Assembly: GCA_963749705.1 (NCBI GenBank)
Contig: CAVVNQ010000002.1
Span: 160,001 to 224,000 of the forward strand
DNA from: an uncultured Chloroflexia bacterium
GTDB lineage: Bacteria > Chloroflexota > Limnocylindria > Limnocylindrales > CSP1-4
Direction: 5' to 3'
DNA: 64,000 bases
Shown: positions 37,718 through 47,575 of the stretch, in pieces
Numbering within the stretch: position 1 is the first letter of the stretch
Layout: the number at the start of each line of letters is the position of its first letter
Made by a program: the position numbers and the translations under genes
Notes under the pieces: generated by a model
Database searches by the model: none
The model's input: only the letters and a program-made list of their open reading frames with translations
What the model was told of the DNA's origin: nothing

Positions 37718-39226
37718 GTGACCCAACCTCGCGAAGCCGGCCTCGACCCGCAGCAGGTCGACGGCCTCAACGACATGGACCCGGAGGCGTTCCGGGCCGC
37801 CGCGCATCAGGTCGTGGACCGGATCGCCGACTATCTCCGGACGGTCGAGCAGTACCCCGTCCTGCCGCCGATCGAACCCGGGTCGATCGGGCCGCAGCTT
37901 CCCACGCGCGCGCCGGAGGACGCGGAGCCGATGGACGCGATCCTGGCCGACGTCGACCGGCTGGTGATCCCCAACGCGACGCACTGGCAGCACCCGGGCT
38001 TCTTCGCCTACTTCTCGACCAGCGCCTCGGGCCCGGGGATCCTCGGCGAGTTCCTCACGGCCGCGCTGGGCCAGAACCCGATGCTGTGGCGGACCTCGCC
38101 CATCGGCACCGAGCTCGAGGCCGTCGTGGTGTCCTGGCTCCGCGATGCGCTCGGGCTGCCGGAGGCGTTCGACGGCCTGCTGACCGATACGGCGTCGACC
38201 TCGAGCCTGATCGCGATCGCCGCGGCGCGCGAGGCGGCCGGGCTCGATGCAGCGGACGAAGGGCTGGCGTCAAGGCCGGAGCTCGGCGACCTGCGCGTGT
38301 ACGCGTCGGCCGAGGCCCACAGCTCGATCGAGAAGGCGTGCATGACGCTGGGGCTCGGGCGGGCGTCGCTGGTCAGGATCCCGGTCAACGACCGCTACGA
38401 GATGGACCCGGCGGCGCTGGCGACGGCGATCGACGCGGATCGTGCCGCCGGGCGCCGCCCGGTGGCGATCGTGGCCACGATCGGGACGACGTCCTCGACC
38501 TCGGCGGACCCGGTGGCCGCGATCGCGGACATCGCCGGGCGCGAGGGCATCTGGCTTCACGTCGACAGCGCCTATGCGGGCGTCGTTGCGCTCCTGCCCG
38601 ACCGCCGCGGCCCGTTCGCCGGTTGGGAGCGTGCCGACTCAATCGTGATCAACCCCCACAAGTGGCTGTTCACGCCGCTCGACGCCTCGCTGCTCCTGTC
38701 CCGGCGGATGGACCAGCTGCGCGCGGCGTTCAGCCTCCAGCCCGAGTACCTGCGCACGCTCGACCGGGTCAGCCCGGTCCTCGACTACACGGAGTACCAG
38801 CCACAGCTCGGGCGCCGGATGCGCGCGCTCAAGCTGTGGATCCAGCTCCGCTGGTTCGGCCTCGAGGGGCTCCGCCGGCGGATCGCCGCCCACCTGGAGC
38901 TCGCGGCCGGCTTCGCTCGATGGGTCGACGCGGACCCGGACTGGGAGCGGCTCGCCCCGGTCCCATTCTCGACCGTGTGCTTCCGGTACCGGCCGGCCGC
39001 GCTCGCCGGACACGAGGATGAGCCGGAGGTGCGCAACCGCCTCGACGACCTCAACCTGCGCCTGATGGACGCCGTCAATCGCACCGGCGAGGTGTTCCTG
39101 TCCCATACCCGGCTGCGCGACCGGTTCACCATCCGGCTCGCGGTCGGCAACCTCCGCACGCAGCCCCGCCACGTCGAGCGCGCGTGGGAGCTGCTGCGAA
39201 CCGAAGCCGCCCGGCTGACGCCCTGA
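37718..39226 (+). CDS. PLP-dependent group II decarboxylase (aromatic-L-amino-acid decarboxylase-like)
   Basis: HWQHPGFFAYF, AHSSIEKA, TIGTT, WLHVDSAYAG, NPHKWLF, LGRRMRALKLW. Confidence 0.9.
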   Translation: MTQPREAGLDPQQVDGLNDMDPEAFRAAAHQVVDRIADYLRTVEQYPVLPPIEPGSIGPQLPTRAPEDAEPMDAILADVDRLVIPNATHWQHPGFFAYFSTSASGPGILGEFLTAALGQNPMLWRTSPIGTELEAVVVSWLRDALGLPEAFDGLLTDTASTSSLIAIAAAREAAGLDAADEGLASRPELGDLRVYASAEAHSSIEKACMTLGLGRASLVRIPVNDRYEMDPAALATAIDADRAAGRRPVAIVATIGTTSSTSADPVAAIADIAGREGIWLHVDSAYAGVVALLPDRRGPFAGWERADSIVINPHKWLFTPLDASLLLSRRMDQLRAAFSLQPEYLRTLDRVSPVLDYTEYQPQLGRRMRALKLWIQLRWFGLEGLRRRIAAHLELAAGFARWVDADPDWERLAPVPFSTVCFRYRPAALAGHEDEPEVRNRLDDLNLRLMDAVNRTGEVFLSHTRLRDRFTIRLAVGNLRTQPRHVERAWELLRTEAARLTP

Positions 39227-39261
39227 GCGCGGCCGTCCAAACCACCTGGAGGACGACAACC

Positions 39262-39621
39262 ATGGCAGATCCGATCGAGGTCCTGTACTTCTATCGCACC
39301 AAGTGGGGCGCGCACGACGAGTTCGTCGACCTGCTCCGCAGGAACCACTGGCCCATCCTCCGCGAGCAGCTCGAAGCCGGGCGGTTCACCGCGGTCGAGC
39401 TGTGGACGCCGCGGTTCCACGGGGACGGCCGCGCCGACTGGGACGTGCTGGTGTCGATCACCTACCGCGACTGGGCGGCGATGCAGGAGCACGGCGATGC
39501 CGAGATCGCACGCCGCCTGTACCCCGACCAGGCGCAGTTCAAGGCGGACGAGGCGCGCCGGTTCTCGCTGCTCGACGCGCACTGGGACGTCGTGCTCGAG
39601 ACACGGCCACTCGAGCGGTAG
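39262..39621 (+). CDS. hypothetical protein (possible dimeric alpha-beta barrel/NIPSNAP-like)
   Basis: SD GGAGG; YFYRTKWG..DEF..L...HWP, WDVLVSITY. Confidence 0.6.
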   Translation: MADPIEVLYFYRTKWGAHDEFVDLLRRNHWPILREQLEAGRFTAVELWTPRFHGDGRADWDVLVSITYRDWAAMQEHGDAEIARRLYPDQAQFKADEARRFSLLDAHWDVVLETRPLER

Positions 39622-39724
39622 GCGGCGGCTCGCTCCACCATATCGGCGCATCGGCCGCATCAGCCCGCCGGACCCGCGATAATGCGGCTCTACCCCGACC
39701 GACCAGCGGAGGCCACCCGATCCC

Positions 39725-40114
39725 GTGCCGCCCATCACCGAGCTGACGCGCATCGAGCCTGTCCACCTGTCGCGCCTCGAGAAGCAGGGCGTGTTCACCA
39801 CCGGCATCCTGCTCGAGGTCTCGGAGACGCCGACGCGCCGCCAGACGCTCGCCGACCACGTCAAAGCCACGACCAACGACGTCCTGCGCTGGCGTGACGA
39901 GGCCCTGATGCTCAACCTGGCCGGGTTCTCGAGTGCCGAGCACCAGCTGTTCGTCCAGTCCGGGATCGAGGGCCTGCGCGACGTCCTCGCGCTGGACATC
40001 GACACCTTCAAGTCGCGCCTGGCGCGGGGTGCGCAGGAGCTCAACGCGGAGCCCCCGGCGGAGCTGATGATCGAGACCTGGTGGGAGCAGGCGCGGACGC
40101 TCGAGGAGGCGTGA
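39725..40114 (+). CDS. DUF4332-like helix-hairpin-helix protein
   Basis: I.EL..I......LEKQGVFTT..LL...T...R..LA pattern, duplicated, ending W.EQAR. Confidence 0.7.
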   Translation: MPPITELTRIEPVHLSRLEKQGVFTTGILLEVSETPTRRQTLADHVKATTNDVLRWRDEALMLNLAGFSSAEHQLFVQSGIEGLRDVLALDIDTFKSRLARGAQELNAEPPAELMIETWWEQARTLEEA

Positions 40115-40175
40115 GCCCCGGACCGGGTCAGCGATATCGGGGTGGCGCGCACGCACCCGGTACCATCGGCGCCTG

Positions 40176-40880
40176 ATGGACGCCCTGCGCGGCACGCTTG
40201 CAGCCCTGGTCATCGCGGTCGCGACGACCCTCGTCGTGATCGCCGTCGCCATCCTCCCGTTCCTCACCCCGGCGTGGGTGGGGTTCGAGCAGGGCCGCGC
40301 CGGGGCCGAGGCGCTGACCGGATACCCGCCGGCGGAGCTGCACTCGGCCACCGACGCGATCCTGTCCGACCTCGTCCTCGGTCCGCCGCGGTTCGACGTC
40401 GAGGTGGCGGGCACGCCGGTCCTGACCGATCGGGAGCGCGGCCACATGCGTGACGTGCGCAGCGTGTTCATGGCCTTCTACCTGGCCGCCGCGATCGCCG
40501 CGCTCGTGCTGGTCGCGGCGTTCGTCCTCCTGCGTGGGCGCTCGCGGGCGGTGCTGTGGCATCGGATCAGCCGGGCCGGCGTCGCGATCGCCGTCGTGAC
40601 CGTCGTCGGCGGCATTGCCGCCCTCGCAGCATTCGACGCGGCGTTCCAGCTGTTCCACGAGCTGTTCTTCCCGCAGGGCAACTTCCTGTTCGACCCGCGT
40701 ACGGACCGGCTCGTCCAGCTGTTCCCGGATGCGTTCTGGGTCGACACGACCGCGGCGGTCGGGGTCGTGATCGTCGTGATCGCCCTGGCACTGGCCTGGA
40801 TCGGCCGCCGGCGGGCGCAGGCGATCGACGCCCTGGAGTACGGCACCCCCGCGACGCTGAACACGGTTCCCATCCGATGA
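40176..40880 (+). CDS. DUF1461/TIGR01906 membrane protein (Lit-like)
   Basis: ERGHMRDVR, FDAAFQLFHELFF.QGNFLFDP..D.LVQLFP..FW. Confidence 0.8.
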   Translation: MDALRGTLAALVIAVATTLVVIAVAILPFLTPAWVGFEQGRAGAEALTGYPPAELHSATDAILSDLVLGPPRFDVEVAGTPVLTDRERGHMRDVRSVFMAFYLAAAIAALVLVAAFVLLRGRSRAVLWHRISRAGVAIAVVTVVGGIAALAAFDAAFQLFHELFFPQGNFLFDPRTDRLVQLFPDAFWVDTTAAVGVVIVVIALALAWIGRRRAQAIDALEYGTPATLNTVPIR

Positions 40881-42016
40881 CACCCGACGGGATCCCGATC
40901 GGGCGGCTGTTCGGGATCGAGATCCGAATCTCGCTGCTGTGGTCAGTGCTGATCGCGATCATCACCCTGCTCGGGGCGGAGCAGGCGACCGTTGCCGCAC
41001 CCGGCCTGCCGTTCGCGCTCCAGTGGGTGGTCGGTGGCACGATCGCCGCGGCCTTCCTGGCATCGGTGGCGGCCCACGAGCTCGCCCACGCGCTGGTCGC
41101 GCGCCGTCGGGGCGTTCGGGTCACGGTCGTCGTGCTGGGGCTCATGGGCGGGATCGCGCCGCTCGGGATCCAGGCCAGGCGACCATCCGACGAGCTCGCG
41201 ATCGCGCTGGCCGGGCCCGCCGTGTCCTTCCTGCTGGGGGCCATCCTCGTCCCGGTGGGCGCCGTCGTCGCCACCGCCGATCCCGCCTGGGGTGCCGTCG
41301 CCGGCGCGCTCCTGATCACCGGCGCGCTCAACTTCGTGCTGGGCGTCATGAGCGTCCTCCCCGGGCTGCCGCTGGACGGCGGGCGGGCGATCCGGGCCAT
41401 CGCGTGGGCCCGGACGGGGGACACGGACCGGGCGACCGCGCTGACCGCGCGCATCGGCCGGATGCTCGGCCTGGCGACGATCGGGATCGGGGCGGCCGTG
41501 GTGCTCATGGACCAGACCATCGAGGGCCTGGTGGTGCTGTCGTTCGGCTGGTTCCTGTCCACCGGGGCGCGAACGCTGGATCGCCGGCTCGCGATGGAGC
41601 GGCTGCTCCGCGGCGTTCCCGTGCGCGACGCGATGGAGCGCGACGTGTCGTGGGTGGGACCGCACCTGACCATCGACACGTTCGCCAGCCGGTACGAGGG
41701 CGAGGACGGCGTCCGGGCGCTGGCCGTGGTGGACGATGAGCACGTCGTGGGGGTCCTCGGGGTCCAGCGCCTCAAGCGACTCGGTCGCCGCCGGTTTGCC
41801 GAGACCCGGGTCGCGGACGTCATGGCCACGCCGCCGCAGGCGCCGGTGCTGGGACCCGATGACGACGTCTGGGATGCGCTCGATGCGATCAACCAGGCGG
41901 GGATCGACGGGCTCGCCGTGGCCGAGGACGGCCGGCTCGCCGGGATGCTGACGCGACGCAGCCTGGCAACGGCCGTCCATGACCGTCTCGCGGCGCGTGC
42001 GGGGACCACCGGGTGA
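40877..42016 (+). CDS. M50 site-2 protease with CBS pair
   Basis: HELAH, IALAGPAVS, LPGLPLDGGR, C-terminal CBS domains. Confidence 0.88.
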   Translation: MTPDGIPIGRLFGIEIRISLLWSVLIAIITLLGAEQATVAAPGLPFALQWVVGGTIAAAFLASVAAHELAHALVARRRGVRVTVVVLGLMGGIAPLGIQARRPSDELAIALAGPAVSFLLGAILVPVGAVVATADPAWGAVAGALLITGALNFVLGVMSVLPGLPLDGGRAIRAIAWARTGDTDRATALTARIGRMLGLATIGIGAAVVLMDQTIEGLVVLSFGWFLSTGARTLDRRLAMERLLRGVPVRDAMERDVSWVGPHLTIDTFASRYEGEDGVRALAVVDDEHVVGVLGVQRLKRLGRRRFAETRVADVMATPPQAPVLGPDDDVWDALDAINQAGIDGLAVAEDGRLAGMLTRRSLATAVHDRLAARAGTTG

Positions 42017-43335
42017 GCAAGGACCTGCTGAGCGTCGAGGCGGCACAGGCCACCGTCCTCGCGGGGGTCGCGCCGCTGGCGGATGTGGAGCGCCTCGAGC
42101 CCGAGCGCGCGCTGGGCCGGGTCCTGGCCGAGGCGGTGAATGCCGCGACCTCGCTGCCGCCGTGGGACAACTCGGCGATGGACGGGTACGCGATCCGGTC
42201 CGCCGACGTCGCGCACGCGAGCGACGGGCGGCCGGCGCGACTCACCGTCGTGGGCGAGGTCCGGGCGGGCGTCGCACCGGATGTCGAGGTCATCGACGGC
42301 GCGGCCGTGCGCATCGCCACCGGCGCACCGCTCCCGCGCGGTGCCGACGCGGTCGTGCCGGTCGAGCTGACGACGCCCCTCGACGCCGACGGCAACCTGG
42401 GCCCGCGTGGCCGCGAGGCGACCGGCCCCGTGCCCGCCGCGTGCCTGGTGCACGCCGCGGTGGAGCGCGGACATGCCATCCGGCGCGCGGGCTCCGATGT
42501 CACGGCCGGCGCCGAGCTCGCCGGGGCGGGCAGCCTGGTGACACCGGCCGTGGTCGCGCTGGCGGCGGGTGCCGGGGTGGGGGAGGTCGTCGTCAGGCGC
42601 CGGCCCCGCGTCGCGGTGCTGGCCACGGGCGACGAGGTGCGCCGGCCGGGCACGGACCTCGGGCGGGCGGGGATCCCGGACGCCAACGGCCCCGGGCTGC
42701 GCGCGCTCGTCCGCGACGCGGGTGCGGACGCGATCGACCTGGGGATCGCCGAGGACCGGCTCGAGGACGTCGAGACGAGGATCCGTCGAGGACTGGCCGA
42801 GGCCGATCTCGTGGTCGTGGCGGGTGGCGTCTCGGTGGGCCCGTACGACGTCGTCCGGATGGCGTTCGACGCCGTGGGACACATGGACCTGTGGCGCGTC
42901 GCCGTCCAGCCCGGCAAGCCGTTCGCGTTCGGTCGCGCGGACGCCGACGGCGCCGAGCCCCCGGTCCTGCTGTTCGGGCTGCCGGGCAACCCGGTGTCCG
43001 CGTTCGTCACCTTCGAGCTGTTCGTCCGCCCGGTGCTGCGGCGCCTCGCCGGGCACGCGCGGCTCCATCGGCCGGTGGACCGGGCGGTGCTCGAGGATCG
43101 CGTCACCAAGAGCGTCGGCCGGCGCGGCTACCAGCGGGTGACGGCGCGTCGGGCGGCCGACGGATCGCCGCTGCGCGACGGCAAGGGCCGGGTCCGGGTG
43201 CGTCTCGCGGGCGGCCAGGGGAGTCACGTCATGTCGGCGCTGGCCGCGGCCGACGCGCTGGCCGTCGTCCCGGAGCCGCTGGAGCGGATCGAGGCGGGCA
43301 CCGAGGTGGAGCTGCGCTGGCTGGATCGCGGATAG
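42013..43335 (+). CDS. moeA: molybdopterin molybdotransferase
   Basis: PPWDNSAMDGYA, IATGAPLP.GADAVVPVE, TGDE, GGVSVG.YD, QPGKP, GLPGNPVS. Confidence 0.95.
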   Translation: MSKDLLSVEAAQATVLAGVAPLADVERLEPERALGRVLAEAVNAATSLPPWDNSAMDGYAIRSADVAHASDGRPARLTVVGEVRAGVAPDVEVIDGAAVRIATGAPLPRGADAVVPVELTTPLDADGNLGPRGREATGPVPAACLVHAAVERGHAIRRAGSDVTAGAELAGAGSLVTPAVVALAAGAGVGEVVVRRRPRVAVLATGDEVRRPGTDLGRAGIPDANGPGLRALVRDAGADAIDLGIAEDRLEDVETRIRRGLAEADLVVVAGGVSVGPYDVVRMAFDAVGHMDLWRVAVQPGKPFAFGRADADGAEPPVLLFGLPGNPVSAFVTFELFVRPVLRRLAGHARLHRPVDRAVLEDRVTKSVGRRGYQRVTARRAADGSPLRDGKGRVRVRLAGGQGSHVMSALAAADALAVVPEPLERIEAGTEVELRWLDRG

Positions 43336-43442
43336 CGGGCAGCCGACCGACGGGGGACCGACGGCGATCGGGCGACCACGCGGATCTCGCGGCTGACGCC
43401 GGCCGCCGGACCCCGCTACGATCGGGTTGAGCAGGAGGACCC

Positions 43443-44033
43443 ATGGACCGGAGCGACGCCCCGCGCGCGGAACGCCGCCGCCTCACCCACGTCGACCGGC
43501 GCGGACGACCCCGGATGGTCGACGTCGGCGCAAAGCCCGTCACCGCCCGACGCGCGGTGGCCGAGGCGGAGGTCGCCGTCTCGCCCGAGACCATGAGCCT
43601 GGTGATCGACGGCGGCGGCTCCAAGGGCGACGTCCTGACCGTCGCCGAGGTTGCCGGCGTGATGGGCGGCAAGCGGACGGCCGAGCTGATCCCGCTGTGC
43701 CATCCGATCCCGCTCACGGACCTGGTCGTCTCGGTCACCCCGGACCGCGCAGCCGGCGTGCTGCGGGTTCGGGCCGAGGCCGCCACGACGGCCCAGACGG
43801 GCGTCGAGATGGAGGCGTTGACGGCGGCGTCAGTGGCCGCGCTGACGGTGTATGACATGGTCAAGGGGGTCGAGCGCGGGGTGGAGATCCGCGGCCTGCG
43901 GCTGCTGTCGAAGACGGGCGGCAAGAGCGGTGACTGGCATCGGCCGGCCGCCGAGGTCGAGCCGGGACCGCCTCGCCGGCGGCCCGGTGACCGCATCGCG
44001 GGCCGGGTCGGCAAGCGCAAGGGCGCCGGGTGA
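43443..44033 (+). CDS. moaC: cyclic pyranopterin monophosphate synthase
   Basis: LTHVD..G..RMVDV..K, KGDVL, LIPLCHP, TGVEMEALT, YDMVK, KTGGKSG. Confidence 0.95.
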   Translation: MDRSDAPRAERRRLTHVDRRGRPRMVDVGAKPVTARRAVAEAEVAVSPETMSLVIDGGGSKGDVLTVAEVAGVMGGKRTAELIPLCHPIPLTDLVVSVTPDRAAGVLRVRAEAATTAQTGVEMEALTAASVAALTVYDMVKGVERGVEIRGLRLLSKTGGKSGDWHRPAAEVEPGPPRRRPGDRIAGRVGKRKGAG

Positions 44034-44040
44034 TCGCCAG

Positions 44041-44583
44041 GTGCCCGCGACCGTGACGCGCTCGGCGCTGGTGATCACCGCGAGCGACCGGAGCGCGGCC
44101 GGGAGGCGCCCGGACACGTCCGGTGCCGGGGTCGGGACGCGCCTCGAGGCGCTCGGGTTCGTGGTCGAACGACGGGTCGTGCCCGACGACCGCGCGGCGC
44201 TCGAGGCGGCGCTCGTCGCCGGGGCCGCGGATCACGCGCTGGTCATCACCACGGGTGGCACGGGCCTCACGCCGCGCGACGTCACCCCGCAGGCGACCCT
44301 GGCCATCCTCGACTACGAGATCCCCGGCATCGCCGAGGCGATGCGCGCCGAGGGGCGTCGCTCGACCCCGTTCGCCGCCCTCTCTCGGGGCGTCGTGGGC
44401 GTCCGGGGCCGGACGCTCATCGTGAACCTGCCCGGATCGCCCAAGGGTGCGCTCGAGTCGCTCGAGGTCCTGCTCGGCGTCGTCGATCATGCGCTCGAGA
44501 CCCTCGCCGGGCCGTTCGACCACGCCGCTGCCCGGTCCGCCGGTCGCGAAGACCTGCCGCCCGGCCTGCCCGAGGACCGCTGA
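44041..44583 (+). CDS. MogA/MoaB molybdopterin adenylyltransferase
   Basis: [36 protein letters not shown]. Confidence 0.92.
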   Translation: MPATVTRSALVITASDRSAAGRRPDTSGAGVGTRLEALGFVVERRVVPDDRAALEAALVAGAADHALVITTGGTGLTPRDVTPQATLAILDYEIPGIAEAMRAEGRRSTPFAALSRGVVGVRGRTLIVNLPGSPKGALESLEVLLGVVDHALETLAGPFDHAAARSAGREDLPPGLPEDR

Positions 44584-44585
44584 CG

Positions 44586-46718
44586 ATGTTCGAGCCGTTC
44601 GCCGACGTTCCCGCCTATCCGCTCGTGTTCCCGGTGTTCTGGGGCGCGGTCGCCTTCTTTGCCCTCGTCATGGCCCGCCACCTGCGCGTGTTCGCCGCGG
44701 CCCGCCCAGCCTCGCCCACGGACCGGGTGGCGGCCCGCCTGTGGGGAACGATCCGGTTCGGCTTTGCGCAGTCACGCATGTTCCGCGACGCGCGCGCCGG
44801 GTTGATGCACTTCTCGATCTTCTGGGGCTTCATCCTGCTCACCATCGGCACCGCCAACATCGTGACCGGCGGGATCATCCAGGCGATCGTCGAGGCGCCC
44901 TTCGACGGCGTCCTGTGGGCGGCCGTCAACGCGATGCAGAACGTGGTCGCGGTGATCGTGATCGTGGCGATCGGCTATGCCTACTGGCGGCGGCTGGTGA
45001 TCAAGCCCGCGCGCCTGTCGCTCAACCGCGACGCGCTCCTGATCCTGGCCATGATCGGCGGGCTGGTCGCAGCCGAGCTGCTGGGCCAGGTGTTCCAGGT
45101 GGCCGCGCACGGCGAGGAGCCCGGCGCGTTCATCGCGAATGTGCTCGGGGGTGCCGTCAGCGGGTTCGACCCCGCGCTGACCAACGCCGCGTTCGGAGTC
45201 CTGTGGTGGGTGCACATCGGGCTGGTCGCTGCGTTCCTCGTGTACCTGCCGTTCTCCAAGCACCTCCACGTCGCCACGGCGATCCCCAACATCCTGCTGC
45301 GCAAGCTCGCGCCGCGCGGGCAGCTGCCGGCGATGGACCTCGAGGCCGAGGACGCGGTGTTCGGGCTGCGCACGGTGGCCGACCTGTCGTGGAAGGACCT
45401 GCTCGACGGGTTCACGTGCACCGAGTGCGGTCGCTGCCAGCAGGCATGTCCGGCGTATGCCACGGGCAAGCCGCTCAACCCCAAGAGCCTGATCATGGGC
45501 ATCCGCCACGAGGCCGTGGCCGCCGAGGCGGGGCTGCCGCTCATCCCCAACTCGCCGGCGGTCCGGACGGCCTTCGGGCTCGATGATTCGATCCGGCCGG
45601 AGGCGCTCGCACGGCCGCTGGTCGACGCGGCGATCCCGTACGACGCCGTCTGGGACTGCCTGACCTGCGGGGCGTGCGTCGAGGCGTGCCCGGTGACGAT
45701 CGAGCATGTCGACAAGATCGTGGGCATCCGCCGCAACCTCGTGCTCGAGGACAGCCGGTTCCCGCAGGAGCTGACCGCGGCGTTCAAGGGCATGGAGAGC
45801 GTCGGCAACCCCTGGGGCCAGCCGCCCTCGTCACGCCTCAACTGGGCGAAGCCGCTCCCGTTCGAGGTCCGGACGGCAGCGCAGGTCGCGGCGGCCGGTG
45901 AGCTCGACGGCCTCGAGGTCCTGTACTGGGTGGGCTGTGCGGCCGCCTTCGATGATCGGAACCAGCGGGTCGCGCGTGCCGTGGCAACCTGCCTCGACGC
46001 CGCAGGCGTCTCGTTCGCCGTGCTCGGCCAGGAGGAGGCGTGCACCGGCGATCCCGCACGGCGGATGGGCAACGAGTACGTGTTCCAGATCCTCGCCGGC
46101 CAGAACATCGAGACGCTCAACCGGTACCGCGCCGGCGAGCGGACGATCGTTACGGCATGCCCGCATTGCTTCAACACCATCGGTAACGAATACGGCCAGC
46201 TCGGTGGCTCCTTCGCGATCCGGCACCACAGCGAGTACCTGTCGTCGCTGGTGAGCTCCGGGCGTCTCCGGCTCGGGGCCGACGGGCTGCCGGCGCGATC
46301 CGTGACCTATCACGACTCGTGCTACCTCGCCCGCTACAACGGCGTCATCGCCCCGCCGCGCGAGGTGCTGGGTGCGATCCCGGGCGTCGAGCTGCGAGAG
46401 ATGGACAACCACGGCCGCCAGACGTTCTGCTGCGGCGCCGGCGGTGGCCGGATGTGGATGGAGGAGACGCGGGGGACGCGGGTGAACGCCGAGCGGACGA
46501 GCCAGGCGCTGGCCACGGGTGCTGAGACGGTCGCGACCGCGTGCCCGTTCTGCATGACCATGCTCCGCGACGGCCTGACCGATGCCGGTCGGGGTGCCCA
46601 GGACGCCGATCCGGTGCTCGCGCAGGACATCAGCGAGCTGCTCGCCGAGGCGATCGCCCCGGCGACCGTGTTCGCCGGCCGCGAGATCCCCGAGGGTCGC
46701 CGGCTGCCCGTCGTCTGA
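44586..46718 (+). CDS. membrane Fe-S oxidoreductase (NarI-like membrane domain, two 4Fe-4S motifs, CCG domains; FadF/EMO-like)
   Basis: Membrane His residues (GLMHF, WWVH, SKHLH), [52 protein letters not shown]. Confidence 0.88.
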   Translation: MFEPFADVPAYPLVFPVFWGAVAFFALVMARHLRVFAAARPASPTDRVAARLWGTIRFGFAQSRMFRDARAGLMHFSIFWGFILLTIGTANIVTGGIIQAIVEAPFDGVLWAAVNAMQNVVAVIVIVAIGYAYWRRLVIKPARLSLNRDALLILAMIGGLVAAELLGQVFQVAAHGEEPGAFIANVLGGAVSGFDPALTNAAFGVLWWVHIGLVAAFLVYLPFSKHLHVATAIPNILLRKLAPRGQLPAMDLEAEDAVFGLRTVADLSWKDLLDGFTCTECGRCQQACPAYATGKPLNPKSLIMGIRHEAVAAEAGLPLIPNSPAVRTAFGLDDSIRPEALARPLVDAAIPYDAVWDCLTCGACVEACPVTIEHVDKIVGIRRNLVLEDSRFPQELTAAFKGMESVGNPWGQPPSSRLNWAKPLPFEVRTAAQVAAAGELDGLEVLYWVGCAAAFDDRNQRVARAVATCLDAAGVSFAVLGQEEACTGDPARRMGNEYVFQILAGQNIETLNRYRAGERTIVTACPHCFNTIGNEYGQLGGSFAIRHHSEYLSSLVSSGRLRLGADGLPARSVTYHDSCYLARYNGVIAPPREVLGAIPGVELREMDNHGRQTFCCGAGGGRMWMEETRGTRVNAERTSQALATGAETVATACPFCMTMLRDGLTDAGRGAQDADPVLAQDISELLAEAIAPATVFAGREIPEGRRLPVV

Positions 46719-46743
46719 CCGTGGTTCGGGGCGGCGCGATGCG

Positions 46744-46822
46744 CCGCGCGGTTTGCGCCCGCCGGCCCCGCGCGGTTTGCGCCCGCCGGCCCCGCGCGGT
46801 TTGCCCCCGCCGGCCCCGCGCG
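46744..46822. repeat. 24-bp tandem repeat, 3 copies plus a partial copy
   Basis: CCGCGCGGTTTGCGCCCGCCGGCC at 46744, 46768 and 46792 (third copy has one mismatch); partial copy at 46816. Confidence 0.9.
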
Positions 46823-46845
46823 CCCCACGCGGTTCCCCCACCCGT

Positions 46846-47123
46846 CTTCCTGACGGATGCTCGCGAGGCGGTCGTAACGACCACCGAAACGGCCGGCGGT
46901 CGTGCGCGCGTGCGGCAACGGCCCCCGATCCAGCCGAATTGCCTGACATCGGTCCGTTGGGCGAGCGTTGGCCAGATTCCCGTCGGCTAATGCTCGCTAC
47001 CCGGACATCTGGCGTAGGGGCGGCGCCAACGGGGGATGGCCGCAGCACGAGCAGCACCCGGCGCAGCCGGGACGCGTCAGTGCGCTTGTCGTGGTGACCT
47101 CCCAACGGTCATCCGTCAGGGAG
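46846..47123 (+). ncRNA. candidate structured non-coding RNA (family not recognised)
   Basis: 14-bp closing stem 46846-46859/47110-47123, 8-bp stem 46954-46961/47101-47108, 12-13-bp hairpin 46961-46997, further hairpins; G-U pairs favour the + strand. Confidence 0.5.
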
Positions 47124-47199
47124 CTCGAGATCGGGGAGTTCGAAAGGCCCCGCGCGCGGGCACGGCAACACTCGCGCCTCGCTCGGATTGCGCCCCGGC

Positions 47200-47424
47200 T
47201 CAGCCTTTGAGGGCAGACCCGCACGAGATGCAGGTCCGGTCGGTCCAGAGATTGCCCATCCCGCACCTGGGGCAGACCTTCATGCCCTCGGTGGAGGTCG
47301 CGTAGGGTGAATCGACCGGCGTCGTCTCCCTGTCGTCTCGGCGCATCCGGTCCCGGATGATCAGTACCGCGCCGATCGCGACGATCGCAGCGACGGCGAG
47401 GATCAGGAGGTACGTCTGGTCCAC
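47200..47424 (-). CDS. small membrane-anchored zinc-ribbon protein (74 aa)
   Basis: SD GGGGAG before GTG; N-terminal TM; CPRC...CISC. Confidence 0.75.
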   Translation of the reverse strand: MDQTYLLILAVAAIVAIGAVLIIRDRMRRDDRETTPVDSPYATSTEGMKVCPRCGMGNLWTDRTCISCGSALKG

Positions 47425-47575
47425 GGCGACTCCCCGCGCGCAACCCCCCGGCGCGATTCCCGAACCCCCGCGGTCGGTGACGATCATGCCCGGCGCAGCC
47501 GCAGCGTAGCCGGGACGCGCCACGATGTCATCCCTGACGATCAGGTCACGCCGTCGCGCTGCTAGGATGACGACC

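Noticed and set aside
46744-46822. CRISPR array
   Set aside because: The repeats are contiguous with no unique spacers and there are no cas genes
47130-47152. GTTCGAA hairpin as a tRNA or tmRNA fragment
   Set aside because: No acceptor stem, anticodon arm or CCA; probably a simple hairpin
46968-47305. Small ORFs over the structured intergenic element, including a Cys-rich minus-strand stretch (GCAGCCSCCG) after GGGAGG
   Set aside because: The minus-strand stretch has no canonical start codon after the SD-like motif and the + ORFs show no motifs; base-pairing explains the region better
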